IMG/VR virus record: IMGVR_UViG_3300042256_000013
Location: 288,001 to 352,000 of that record
Direction: 5' to 3' (one strand)
From: a virus
Taxonomy: Duplodnaviria; Heunggongvirae; Uroviricota; Caudoviricetes
Length of the DNA stretch: 64,000 nucleotides
The notes below the pieces were generated by a model that was not told where the DNA came from, did no database searches, and was given only the letters and a program-made list of their open reading frames with translations. Shown here piece by piece: positions 38,149 to 47,264 of this stretch. The position numbers and the translations under genes were made by a program. The first letter of the stretch is position 1. Each line of letters opens with the position of its first letter.

Positions 38149-39591
38149 TTATAGATTTTCTTCTGCAAACGCAGCAAGAACAGAACGTTGTACGCCCTCT
38201 AACTCAATGATTCTGCAACCTTCCCAATCTTTGAATTTCTCGGTTACATAAGTCAAACCTGAGTTGGTAGGACTAATGAACTTATTATCAATCTGAGATA
38301 AGTTACCCATGATGATCACTTTACAGTTTTCACCAGCACGAGTAAGAATTGTTTTTGCTTGAGCAGGAGTAATGTTCTGGAATTCATCAACAATCAAGAT
38401 TGTATTGATGAAACTACGACCACGAACAAAGTTCAATGCTTTGAATTGGAAGACATTACGTTTCATAATTTCTTCAATTGAACCTTGTGGATTCGCATCG
38501 TCTTTATGCAGATACTCTAACGCATCCACAGCAGCACCACAGAATGGCATTACTTTTTCTAGTTCTGAACCTGGCAAGAAGCCGATTTCTTCGAACTGAG
38601 AATCTTGTGTTTTAGAGAAGATAATACGGTCATATTTCTTCTTCTCTAGTACTAATTCAAGTGCAGTTGCAATAGTGATTAACGTTTTACCAGTACCTGC
38701 TGGACCTAATAGGATTGTAAGATGTACATCTTTATCCATAATAGAGTTAATAGCCATTGCTTGTTGAATGTTCTTGGCTTTAATATCCCATACTTTACGA
38801 GACATAGCTTTCGCTAAACCTACATCGCTGAAACATAACATGTCACGATCATCATCTGCATCAAGTACTGAAGCATAACCTTCAAATACGAATAGACCAT
38901 CTGACTTATCATAAATGTAATCACCAATGAATAAATCAGAAGGAAGAATGTGTTTAACATTTTCTTCTGGAATCATGTGAACTAGTTTCGAACCAGCTTG
39001 ATTTGAATACACTACATCACCAACTTCAGCCCAAAAATCTTCTACTTCCAATTCGTGATTGCCAGTATGGATTAGGTCAGAGTCTTCAATAGTTACATCG
39101 TGACGATAATCTTGTACTTCAACACCGTATGCCAGTGCTTTAATACGCATATTAATGTCGCGAGTTACTAGAACTGCTTGTGATAGTTTAGCAACTAAGA
39201 TGATTTCGTCATCTGGTACTGTACTTTTGAAAAGAGTGTCAAGCTTAGGATCGAAGGTTTCAGAATCCAAATTTGGGTTCGCCATATGCCAGATTGCTGT
39301 AAGTTCTTCGATTGTTAGTACAAATAGACGAGTGTCTGCGTTGATGTGTGGGTGGGTTTTTGAAATCTGAACACCTTCAGTGCTGATTTCTTCATGAGTT
39401 GCTGTTTCAAGAATAGAACTAATGTTGCGAATAGCAACACGTGCATCTCGTGAAATATCAACTTTACGACTCTTGATGGAATCTAATTCTTCAAGTACTT
39501 TGAACGGTAGAATTACATGTGAACCTTCAAACGCTAGGATTGCGTTAGGATCACCAAGAATCACGTTTGTGTCAAGAACATATTTTTTCAT
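38149..39591 (-). CDS. phoH: PIN-PhoH (PhoH2-like) protein
   Basis: YVLDTNV PIN domain, DDEII, TRDINMRIKA; GPAGTGKT, IGFLPG, RGRSF, DEFQN. Confidence 0.92.
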   Translation of the reverse strand: MKKYVLDTNVILGDPNAILAFEGSHVILPFKVLEELDSIKSRKVDISRDARVAIRNISSILETATHEEISTEGVQISKTHPHINADTRLFVLTIEELTAIWHMANPNLDSETFDPKLDTLFKSTVPDDEIILVAKLSQAVLVTRDINMRIKALAYGVEVQDYRHDVTIEDSDLIHTGNHELEVEDFWAEVGDVVYSNQAGSKLVHMIPEENVKHILPSDLFIGDYIYDKSDGLFVFEGYASVLDADDDRDMLCFSDVGLAKAMSRKVWDIKAKNIQQAMAINSIMDKDVHLTILLGPAGTGKTLITIATALELVLEKKKYDRIIFSKTQDSQFEEIGFLPGSELEKVMPFCGAAVDALEYLHKDDANPQGSIEEIMKRNVFQFKALNFVRGRSFINTILIVDEFQNITPAQAKTILTRAGENCKVIIMGNLSQIDNKFISPTNSGLTYVTEKFKDWEGCRIIELEGVQRSVLAAFAEENL

Positions 39592-39663
39592 AAACATCCT
39601 TTTTGTGTTTGTGTGTGGTAACACGTTGTTTTTCCTAACTGTATTTAATGCTCCAAAATACAG

Positions 39664-39969
39664 TTAGTTTTTGACTGGCTGATAATCCACATAGCACTGG
39701 TTTCCTTGTGCTTCTTCATACCAGCACTCTTGATATACCAATTGCCCTAAGACAACTGGTTTATCAGAGATAGCCGATTTCTTATTACCGAATTGATCGG
39801 TATATTGGAACGAACATTGATTATTTGAAGTGCATTGGCCTAAGCCATAAACTTGTCCGACATTATAATAAACGTTCTGATGTTCAGTACTTTTATGATT
39901 TATGGAAATAGTAGTTAATATCCATGTCAATACAGCAGAAATTATTAAACACCAGATTAAACGTTTCAT
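39664..39969 (-). CDS. Hypothetical membrane-anchored/exported protein
   Basis: N-terminal TM, four Cys. Confidence 0.6.
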   Translation of the reverse strand: MKRLIWCLIISAVLTWILTTISINHKSTEHQNVYYNVGQVYGLGQCTSNNQCSFQYTDQFGNKKSAISDKPVVLGQLVYQECWYEEAQGNQCYVDYQPVKN

Positions 39970-40874
39970 TATAGACTCCGAATAAATTTAAATGCATTAT
40001 CCAAATATGCAACAATATTCATTGCTCCAATGGGATTGGCACTATGAACATGATATTCAAATGGACTTCCAATTTGATTATCAATCATGTACTCAACTAA
40101 GAATTTAGCAAAGGTATATCCCGTTTCTTCATCTTCATTTTCAGTATCGCCTAAATCGTGATCGAAAGAAATAAAGGACGGCAACCCATGTTCGTTGACG
40201 TAATCAACTGCTTCTTGATATGTGCGACAAACAACCATTTCCTCATTAGGATAGTACTTTTCAACATCACGAAGATCATCCAAGAACATCTTATATGAAG
40301 TTTCAGTTTTGTCATCATCCACATAGTCAATAAGCAGATTCTTTGAGCGAACAAGCTTCATCAGTTCAAATTTAGCAGTACCGACAAAGTTTTGTTCTAA
40401 CAGAATGTTCCAACCACATTCAATCTTGTTACCTTTAAGGTAACGACATGTATGTAATAAGTTCACACCTGCATTTTCAGCAGCAAAGTGTACGCCATTA
40501 TGTGCGTTATTACGAATTTCCAGAAGTTCATCATATGATACTTCTAACGAAAACGCATGGTTGTGAGAACCAATTACGGTATTTTTATAACTTACCAATG
40601 GTTGTAAACGATCCATCGGTAAATCATAATCGATTTCTTCTTTGGCTTCACGCATAACAGCGATTTCCAGACTTGGGTCATCGTGTTCTACCATTCCACC
40701 TACTGCACCCAGCAAACCATCATACCGCAATTCTGACAGTACTAAACTAACGTTAGGAATGTCATTATAAGGATAGTTAGCATAAGGAGTACAGTCTTTT
40801 GCATAAATCCATACGAACACACAATCATAACGTTCAGATCGTGTGCCGAATGGAATTTCTTGATACATAGCCAC
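39969..40874 (-). CDS. NUDT16-like Nudix hydrolase fused to a cyclic-phosphate-processing receiver-like domain
   Basis: LRYDGLLGAVGGMVE..REAKEEI Nudix box; C-terminal MFLDDLR..ISFDHDLG..TGY..HSANPIG. Confidence 0.75.
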   Translation of the reverse strand: MAMYQEIPFGTRSERYDCVFVWIYAKDCTPYANYPYNDIPNVSLVLSELRYDGLLGAVGGMVEHDDPSLEIAVMREAKEEIDYDLPMDRLQPLVSYKNTVIGSHNHAFSLEVSYDELLEIRNNAHNGVHFAAENAGVNLLHTCRYLKGNKIECGWNILLEQNFVGTAKFELMKLVRSKNLLIDYVDDDKTETSYKMFLDDLRDVEKYYPNEEMVVCRTYQEAVDYVNEHGLPSFISFDHDLGDTENEDEETGYTFAKFLVEYMIDNQIGSPFEYHVHSANPIGAMNIVAYLDNAFKFIRSL

Positions 40875-40885
40875 TTTGAGTACCT

Positions 40886-41671
40886 TTAGTATTCAGTTAA
40901 ATCAGAAACATTCATACGTTGTTCTACGTACAATTCCAGAACTTCAATTGCCTCAGAAACTGGCTGATATAAGTTATAAGAAAAATAATCATCTTTCTCA
41001 TGTTTTTCTGGATTCACGTTAACTACCAATGCATTTGTTGCGAGGCCAGCATAAATGCTCCAGGGAATAACAGTGTCTGAAGAACCAATTACAATGACAG
41101 TATCTTGGAAAGTTAAACTATCCAGTACTGAATACAGATCATCATAAATGTGTTTACGAACACCATCTTTGAACCAGAACGTTTCGCCGAACATTACTAC
41201 ATTAGGTTTAGAAATAACACCATCAGTTGGTGTATGTTCTGTATAACCAATATCACGAACTCGGTAGTTCTGATCATTAGTACTGTACGGTTCTACAACT
41301 TCAGTTAAGAAACCATGTAAGTGCATTGCAGTACCACCAGCACGTTCAGCAAGGTCATCAACGTTAGCAGTAATGTGAATTACATTTTCATCTCCGTAGA
41401 GTTGTTGCATACGTGCGATGAACTCATGACCAACATTCGGTTCATAGTTCTGAAGACCAACTCGCATGTTATTGTAGAAACGGTGAACCAGATCATAGTT
41501 AATGTCAAACGTTGCAATATTGCAAACTGTATCTACACTAACACCATCCCACAAGCCTTCTCCGGCAGCATCACGGAAAGTCTGAATTCCAGATTCTTTG
41601 GATAGTCCTGCACCAGTTGCAAATACAAGTCGTGGTTGGCCTTTATTTGCCAGAAAGCTTTCGAGATTCAT
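40886..41671 (-). CDS. Sir2/CobB-like NAD-dependent deacylase
   Basis: TGAGLSKESGIQTFRD, TANVDDL.ERAG, HLHG, KPNVVMFGE, VIGSS. Confidence 0.9.
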   Translation of the reverse strand: MNLESFLANKGQPRLVFATGAGLSKESGIQTFRDAAGEGLWDGVSVDTVCNIATFDINYDLVHRFYNNMRVGLQNYEPNVGHEFIARMQQLYGDENVIHITANVDDLAERAGGTAMHLHGFLTEVVEPYSTNDQNYRVRDIGYTEHTPTDGVISKPNVVMFGETFWFKDGVRKHIYDDLYSVLDSLTFQDTVIVIGSSDTVIPWSIYAGLATNALVVNVNPEKHEKDDYFSYNLYQPVSEAIEVLELYVEQRMNVSDLTEY

Positions 41672-41680
41672 TTGTTACCC

Positions 41681-41899
41681 TTATAAGTGAGAAAAATATA
41701 GTCGGCATCCACAATTAGGACACTTAGGTTCTTTGATGTAATACCCATCAGTACTTGGTACTGTTCGTGGAGCATCTTTAATAACATAAGCATTAAAACA
41801 ACGTATACAAGTTACTTTGTTATTAGCTGCTGGCTGGTCATCAACCCATTTACCAGAATATAAACGTTTTAAATGTGCTTCTAATTCTTCTGGAGTCAT
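41681..41899 (-). CDS. Small zinc-ribbon protein
   Basis: CIRC..CPNCG. Confidence 0.6.
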   Translation of the reverse strand: MTPEELEAHLKRLYSGKWVDDQPAANNKVTCIRCFNAYVIKDAPRTVPSTDGYYIKEPKCPNCGCRLYFSHL

Positions 41900-41912
41900 T
41901 ATGTGATTCCTA

Positions 41913-42359
41913 TTAAACAGTAACTTTCAATTGCTCATTCCCGAAGGTTAATTCTTCTGGAAGAACACCAAGATTAAAAACTAAATTAATAAGATCTTCA
42001 TCAGTATCTTTAGGCTTATACACAATACTCATATGACATTTAAGGTCATCGAATTTATGTTTAAATCCAGCATTTGTTAATTCTTTATACCGTTGTTGAA
42101 TTTCTGGAGCATCAAGTAGTAGTACTATTGCTTCCCATTCACCACCAGGTTTACCAAGTCGTTCAACACCAGTGATTTTTGCTTTATACTTCTTATCATT
42201 GGTAAGTAAATCTATTTCAGGATTACTTTCATCCTGCATCACTGTAACATGAAATTGTGAGGGTGTCAAGCATTCAACACCCGCAATTTTAAATATTTTT
42301 TGGATCTCTTTTGCCTGGTCAATATCCAGATCTAATCCAACATAACCTTTTCCTGCCAT
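41913..42359 (-). CDS. 2H phosphoesterase, T4 gp57B/Acb1-like (anti-CBASS candidate)
   Basis: GYV N-terminus, FHVTV and CHMSIVY (HxT/HxS), IVLLLDAPEIQQRY..AGFKHKFDD parallels T4 57B LVLVLDSEYLRCRH..GATHDFDD. Confidence 0.75.
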   Translation of the reverse strand: MAGKGYVGLDLDIDQAKEIQKIFKIAGVECLTPSQFHVTVMQDESNPEIDLLTNDKKYKAKITGVERLGKPGGEWEAIVLLLDAPEIQQRYKELTNAGFKHKFDDLKCHMSIVYKPKDTDEDLINLVFNLGVLPEELTFGNEQLKVTV

Positions 42360-42368
42360 TATACACCT

Positions 42369-42566
42369 TTACATCGTTAAAATCAAGTATCCTAATACTA
42401 TTAGGAACACACCTGCTATAACGAATAAAGACACTCCAGAAAAGATATAAAATCCTTTTTTAAACGTCATAGGACGTTCTTTGAATCTCGTTTTGTATTC
42501 TGAATAAGTCAGAAACCCAATAACGAAATACGCCAGTACTGTTAGAAATAGCATGTATGTTAACAT
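42369..42566 (-). CDS. Small membrane protein
   Basis: Two TM segments. Confidence 0.6.
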   Translation of the reverse strand: MLTYMLFLTVLAYFVIGFLTYSEYKTRFKERPMTFKKGFYIFSGVSLFVIAGVFLIVLGYLILTM

Positions 42567-42568
42567 AT

Positions 42569-43498
42569 TTAATAATCCCGTTCTTTATCATCACGGTACT
42601 TTTCAGCTAAATCAGCAACACTTTTATGAAAAGCAATGTGGGTATTGTAGTTAAACGCTTGACCACCAGAAATTGAAGGAACAACCTGAATATTCAATTG
42701 ACGAAGATTAGTTTCAAAAACTGATAAACCAATAATTTCTTCAGCATATACCAAATAATCAGTCATCTTGAAATCAAATTTACGCTGAACACCAGAACGT
42801 TCAATATGAACATTCTCATAAAAAGGCAATGGTGGACGCTTAAATTCTGCCAACATCAATGCCATATTAATTTCAGCCCATACCTTTTCTTCTAAAGTTT
42901 CTTCTTCAAGATTTTCGGCAATAACTTTTGATTCGTATTCAGGAATAAAAGTTTCATGATTAATGAAATAATCATAATGTGGATGACTGCGAATTTTCTC
43001 TACATGTTCATTAGTACTGAAAGTACCAGCATAGTACGTGAATTCTGAACTTAATGTTTCGTAGATATGTTTATGGACGGCATATATTGAAATAGGTAAT
43101 TCATAAACTTCATTATCATAACCTGTATATTGAATGTTGATACCATCATTCCAGATAATATCTTGAACATCATCAAATGTAAATGTCCAAGATTCAGGTT
43201 TATCCATATCTTCTTCAAGAAGAAAATCTTCTTTGTTCAAATTAGCACAAAGAAACCTATTATAAATTTCCCAAATTTCACGATTCCTGGTAGTTTCTTC
43301 AAGTTTGTACTTACCATAATCATTATAATAACCCGTCATCGGTAAACCAATAAGTTTGTGGAAATGATCGTTGTATAAGATTTTAGTACGATCTATACCA
43401 GGAGCAGCTACCGCTAATAAAATTACAACTTCATCTTTTTCACCAATAGGAAGTTGAGATACAGCACAAGAAGTGTTAAAAGAACCCATTTTAGGCAA
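42569..43498 (-). CDS. Conserved phage hypothetical protein
   Basis: MGSFNTSCAVSQLPI..GYYNDYG motif. Confidence 0.7.
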   Translation of the reverse strand: MPKMGSFNTSCAVSQLPIGEKDEVVILLAVAAPGIDRTKILYNDHFHKLIGLPMTGYYNDYGKYKLEETTRNREIWEIYNRFLCANLNKEDFLLEEDMDKPESWTFTFDDVQDIIWNDGINIQYTGYDNEVYELPISIYAVHKHIYETLSSEFTYYAGTFSTNEHVEKIRSHPHYDYFINHETFIPEYESKVIAENLEEETLEEKVWAEINMALMLAEFKRPPLPFYENVHIERSGVQRKFDFKMTDYLVYAEEIIGLSVFETNLRQLNIQVVPSISGGQAFNYNTHIAFHKSVADLAEKYRDDKERDY

Positions 43499-43727
43499 TC
43501 CATATATAGTAAAGTGTTATGGTAAAGTACGCACCAAATGCAATAGTTGCAAGTACTGTTAGTGCAAATATACCATATTTTGATAATGATTCTTTCCAAT
43601 TTGTAGGTTTAATAAACCCCATCATACCAGAAGTTATGAACAAGTTTAGTAAAGCTGGAAATAGTACTGCTAAACCAAATCCTACAGACATTATGGTTAG
43701 AGCAACATCTTTGAGAATTTCAAGCAT
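43491..43727 (-). CDS. Small membrane protein
   Basis: Two TM segments. Confidence 0.6.
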   Translation of the reverse strand: MLEILKDVALTIMSVGFGLAVLFPALLNLFITSGMMGFIKPTNWKESLSKYGIFALTVLATIAFGAYFTITLYYIWIA

Positions 43728-43749
43728 GATATATGTACCTTTTTAAATT

Positions 43750-43777
43750 AAAAAGAAGGGAGAGCAATGCTCTCCCT
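43750..43777 (-). terminator. Intrinsic terminator after NAMPT
   Basis: AGGGAGAGC-ATT-GCTCTCCCT plus T-rich tract. Confidence 0.75.
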
Positions 43778-43782
43778 AAGTC

Positions 43783-45297
43783 TTACAAACCTTTGTTCGC
43801 TCGCTCACGAACATCATCAAAGTTACTGAGATTGAAAATCTCACCATCGATGTAAATATCAACCATCATATCTTTAAGGAAGTGGTTGACTTCCTGAAGC
43901 TCAATGCGTTCAGCAATGATTTTGTGTGAATTGGTGCATTCATAGGTAGTCACACGACCACGCAGAGAACGTTTACCCACATCAGTGATTGGATCTTTGA
44001 ACAGATCTTCCCACGTGCCATCAGCCAATTGCTGAGCAGAACCTTTCATTGCGAATGAATAGGTATCGCGACCTTTTTCTGGATGAACCAGTTTACCACC
44101 CATACCGAACACAAGGTTCTCAATGGAATAGTTCTTAGCTTCCAAGTTCGCAACGATTTGGCGAATGCTGTCTTCGTTGATACCATCACCCTGAATTACA
44201 CCGATGAAACTTGGCAGTACTTTGAAGCCATTAGCATTCAGAGTAGTACCGAATTTGTCTGCCAGAATATCCAGGATCTCAATTGGCATAGTAGTAGCAT
44301 CACCACTATCTGGACGCATGACAAGACGAGCACCAGGACAACGTGCTGCGATTTCAATGATCATCTCTTTCAGACGAGTACCGATGAATTCACGAACGAA
44401 GCGGTAAGCATCATACGTATCAATTACTATTGAAACGATCGGTGGAACACCTTTCGAACCTTTAGCAATGAACGCATCAACTTTTTTCTCCCACAACCGA
44501 ACCATTTTCAGAGCCATATTAAAGTCGTCGCGTTTGTCTGCGTCAGAGTTAGAGCAAGTAGCACTATGCTCAGAAGCAGTTACTGAACTCAAATATGCTT
44601 TGTCAGTGTGGAAGTATTTTTTAATGTAACGGTTCGCAGACAGACAATCAGAACCACTGAAGATCATTGCGTGAGACATACCCGCCAGAATCGCTGATTC
44701 AAAGCTGGATGCACCGCGATCACCGAAGTTGTGAAGATGGTAGTCAACAAAGCGATGCCCTGCGTGACGTTCCATAGTGTCTGCTAAAAACTCTTTAATG
44801 CTGCGAGCATTACTTGCTACAGTAGTAGGGAACCACACTGCACGTTGCAACTGAGTCTCGATATAACTTGCGATAACGCAAACACGAGGGTCAGTACTGA
44901 AAGAACGTACCAGAGGGCAACCAACCGGAACTAAAGTACCTTCAGGAACAGCACGGATATGTACAGGAATTTTACCGCCATGTACTTCCAGAATATGTTC
45001 CCAAAAACCGCGATCAAAATCATCGCCACGTTGTTCGGTTTCAAGTTCTGCTTCATCAATATCATCAATTGTAATAGTGATATTCAAATACTTCTGAACG
45101 TAGTATTGAAGACCAGCCATTACAACATGTGTTGCGTACTTTGAAGGTTTACGAGCGATGATGTTACTTTCAAGAGCTACTACGCCCTCTTTCATCATGA
45201 AGCCGTGACCAGTTTTATACGAGTCAACGTTGAGGATAAAGTTTACGTTATCAGAGAACTCTGTAACGCCGTTAAAAGTTTTGTTAGTATTAGTCAT
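43783..45297 (-). CDS. nadV: Nicotinamide phosphoribosyltransferase (NAMPT)
   Basis: NVDSYKTGH, AVPEG, LHNFGDRG, ASEHS, VIDTYD, RPDSGD, IQGDG, FGMGG, RDTYSFAMK, FKDPITDVGKRS. Confidence 0.95.
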   Translation of the reverse strand: MTNTNKTFNGVTEFSDNVNFILNVDSYKTGHGFMMKEGVVALESNIIARKPSKYATHVVMAGLQYYVQKYLNITITIDDIDEAELETEQRGDDFDRGFWEHILEVHGGKIPVHIRAVPEGTLVPVGCPLVRSFSTDPRVCVIASYIETQLQRAVWFPTTVASNARSIKEFLADTMERHAGHRFVDYHLHNFGDRGASSFESAILAGMSHAMIFSGSDCLSANRYIKKYFHTDKAYLSSVTASEHSATCSNSDADKRDDFNMALKMVRLWEKKVDAFIAKGSKGVPPIVSIVIDTYDAYRFVREFIGTRLKEMIIEIAARCPGARLVMRPDSGDATTMPIEILDILADKFGTTLNANGFKVLPSFIGVIQGDGINEDSIRQIVANLEAKNYSIENLVFGMGGKLVHPEKGRDTYSFAMKGSAQQLADGTWEDLFKDPITDVGKRSLRGRVTTYECTNSHKIIAERIELQEVNHFLKDMMVDIYIDGEIFNLSNFDDVRERANKGL

Positions 45298-45299
45298 AT

Positions 45300-45348
45300 C
45301 TAAGACTCCCTTAGTTATTAAGTTTAAGTGAAAGCTACAACGCTTTCA
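45300..45348 (-). promoter_or_regulatory. Two-hairpin 5' leader motif, copy 1 (nadV)
   Basis: TGAAAGC-GTTGTA-GCTTTCA .. CTAAG-GGAGT-CTTAG-AT-ATG. Confidence 0.6.
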
Positions 45349-45356
45349 TTATTTGG

Positions 45357-45875
45357 TTATACCAAATGCTGTAATAAATTTACTGGTATTTTTGCCAATA
45401 AAGTTCGTGGTTCGAACATATCAGAATGTACCCTGATATATGAGGATATATCATACGGATTATTATACAGATTCAACGCAATTGCATCAAGTGAAAACTC
45501 ATACAAGTCTCCATATTCATCTGAATTACAGTAATGAAGTGTGCCATCTTTTTGCATTGAAATTTCAGTAATATCACGTGCTACAAATAAATTTCCCCGA
45601 TCTATTTGTCCAAAGTACGTTTGTGCCATTCGATCACTCTTATGCGGTACTAGACCATTATTTGTGCCATAAGTTCTTAGTGCGAATATACGGTTAGTTT
45701 CTTCAGTTTCTGGTTCACTCAGAACCATCTTAATCAAATATTGTATCGGGTCAATATGCTCAATGTTATCAGGTATTTTGTACTCTGTCAAGCATATTTT
45801 TTTCATAAAATTATCACGATTATCTGAAATGTATTTCATTTCATTGAAAAATCGTTCAGGTTGACAAAATAACAT
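45357..45875 (-). CDS. Hypothetical protein
   Basis: ORF with GAGGA RBS between the two NAD genes. Confidence 0.6.
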   Translation of the reverse strand: MLFCQPERFFNEMKYISDNRDNFMKKICLTEYKIPDNIEHIDPIQYLIKMVLSEPETEETNRIFALRTYGTNNGLVPHKSDRMAQTYFGQIDRGNLFVARDITEISMQKDGTLHYCNSDEYGDLYEFSLDAIALNLYNNPYDISSYIRVHSDMFEPRTLLAKIPVNLLQHLV

Positions 45876-45922
45876 AATATCCTCTCAATTAAAATGGAGT
45901 ACCTTTCAGTACTCCAAAACTC

Positions 45923-47014
45923 TTACAGAATACCCAGGAAAGTATCAATGATACTCAAATGGTCTTCAAAGAATTTATCACGATTCTTAACCAACTCACC
46001 CAGCGGCATCCAGAATGCTTTTTCAGCATCATCAGAACCTTTTACTTTTGGTAAAGTATTGTCCTGAAGTTGGATATGTGCACAACGGGTAATGATACGC
46101 CAACGAAGTGAACGATTGAAATCACCGAATTCCATACTTTCACGGATTGAACCTTCCAGTACTTTCATCGGAACATCAATCTTCGTTTCTTCTTTGAGTT
46201 CACGAAGTGCAGTTTGAACCTGATCTTTGTCTTGCCATGCGTCAAAGAACCCGCCAGGAAGTGCGTATAAACCTTTACCTGGGAAAGTACGACGCTTAAC
46301 CAAAAGTACGTGACCAGCACAAATTACCAGAGCATCACCCGTCAAGAACGGAATGTTGTCATACGGTAGTTTTTCTTTCATCTCTGAACGATAACGTTGT
46401 ACAAAATTGAATTCGCCAATCAGGTTATCGAACACCATTGGTTTCGTTTTCATGAACTTTTCCAGAAACTCTTTAGTTTCTTCTGGAAGAGATTCAGGAA
46501 CTTGTTTAGTACTGAAGAACTGATGACGCATTGCAGTACTGTTAAAGGTTTCATTTTCGAGACGATCACCTTTATTAACTACATGCGTAGCTTCCGTCAC
46601 AAAATCCTGATTCCACTGCGGGAAGAAGTTCAGATAGAAAGTACTTGCATCAGCTTCTTTCTGACAACCAGTAATGAAAATATTTTCACTTTGAGTTACA
46701 GATTTCACTTTTTCATGAACTTCCATCAACCATTTGCTGTTGTTATATACGTAGTCGTGGATTGGAAGGATGTTAACCTTAACCGAACGTCCTTTAGCCC
46801 ATTCTGCTTGTGCTAAACGACTAGACATAGCATCCAGTACTTGCTTGCGTTCTTCGAAGGTAAACGGATTCTTTGAATCACGTGCCATATCAGAAGAACC
46901 AACCAGGATTACCAAACGGTCTGAATTTTCTAATGCGTGTTTAATGGTAGCTTCATGACCAGCATGTGCCATCTGGAAACGACCAATATATACATAAACT
47001 TTTTCGTTTTTCAT
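45923..47014 (-). CDS. Bifunctional NMN adenylyltransferase / ADP-ribose Nudix hydrolase (NadM-Nudix, NatV-like)
   Basis: YIGRFQMAHAGH, GSS..KNPFTFEER, NSTAMR; ALPGGF..ALRELKEET, GSDDAEKAFW, FEDH; start reassigned to MKNEK. Confidence 0.93.
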   Translation of the reverse strand: MKNEKVYVYIGRFQMAHAGHEATIKHALENSDRLVILVGSSDMARDSKNPFTFEERKQVLDAMSSRLAQAEWAKGRSVKVNILPIHDYVYNNSKWLMEVHEKVKSVTQSENIFITGCQKEADASTFYLNFFPQWNQDFVTEATHVVNKGDRLENETFNSTAMRHQFFSTKQVPESLPEETKEFLEKFMKTKPMVFDNLIGEFNFVQRYRSEMKEKLPYDNIPFLTGDALVICAGHVLLVKRRTFPGKGLYALPGGFFDAWQDKDQVQTALRELKEETKIDVPMKVLEGSIRESMEFGDFNRSLRWRIITRCAHIQLQDNTLPKVKGSDDAEKAFWMPLGELVKNRDKFFEDHLSIIDTFLGIL

Positions 47015-47016
47015 TT

Positions 47017-47061
47017 CTAAGACTCCCTTAGTCATTATTGAGACAAGGCTACAACGCCTTG
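47017..47061 (-). promoter_or_regulatory. Two-hairpin 5' leader motif, copy 2 (NadM-Nudix)
   Basis: CAAGGC-GTTGTA-GCCTTG .. CTAAG-GGAGT-CTTAG-AA-ATG; TGCTATAAT promoter just upstream. Confidence 0.6.
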
Positions 47062-47221
47062 ATGTTTGTATTATAGCATAAAAATCAGCGTCGTTCCAAG
47101 TTTTTTGGCTCGCTGACTCCATAGAACGATGAAATATTAGCAAATTATCTTATGGTCGTCAAGCACTTTTTCGGTTTCGAAAGTAAATATTAATAGCAAT
47201 AGCTTGTTTTCAGTATCATAA

Positions 47222-47227
47222 TAAATA
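47222..47227 (+). promoter_or_regulatory. T4-late-like TAAATA element upstream of the Ig-domain gene
   Basis: TAAATA ~40 nt before the ATG; the same element precedes the spanins, structural genes, phoH and the GIY-YIG gene. Confidence 0.45.
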
Positions 47228-47264
47228 CTGAATATAATTATATAACTTTCTTAGGAGACTAAAA

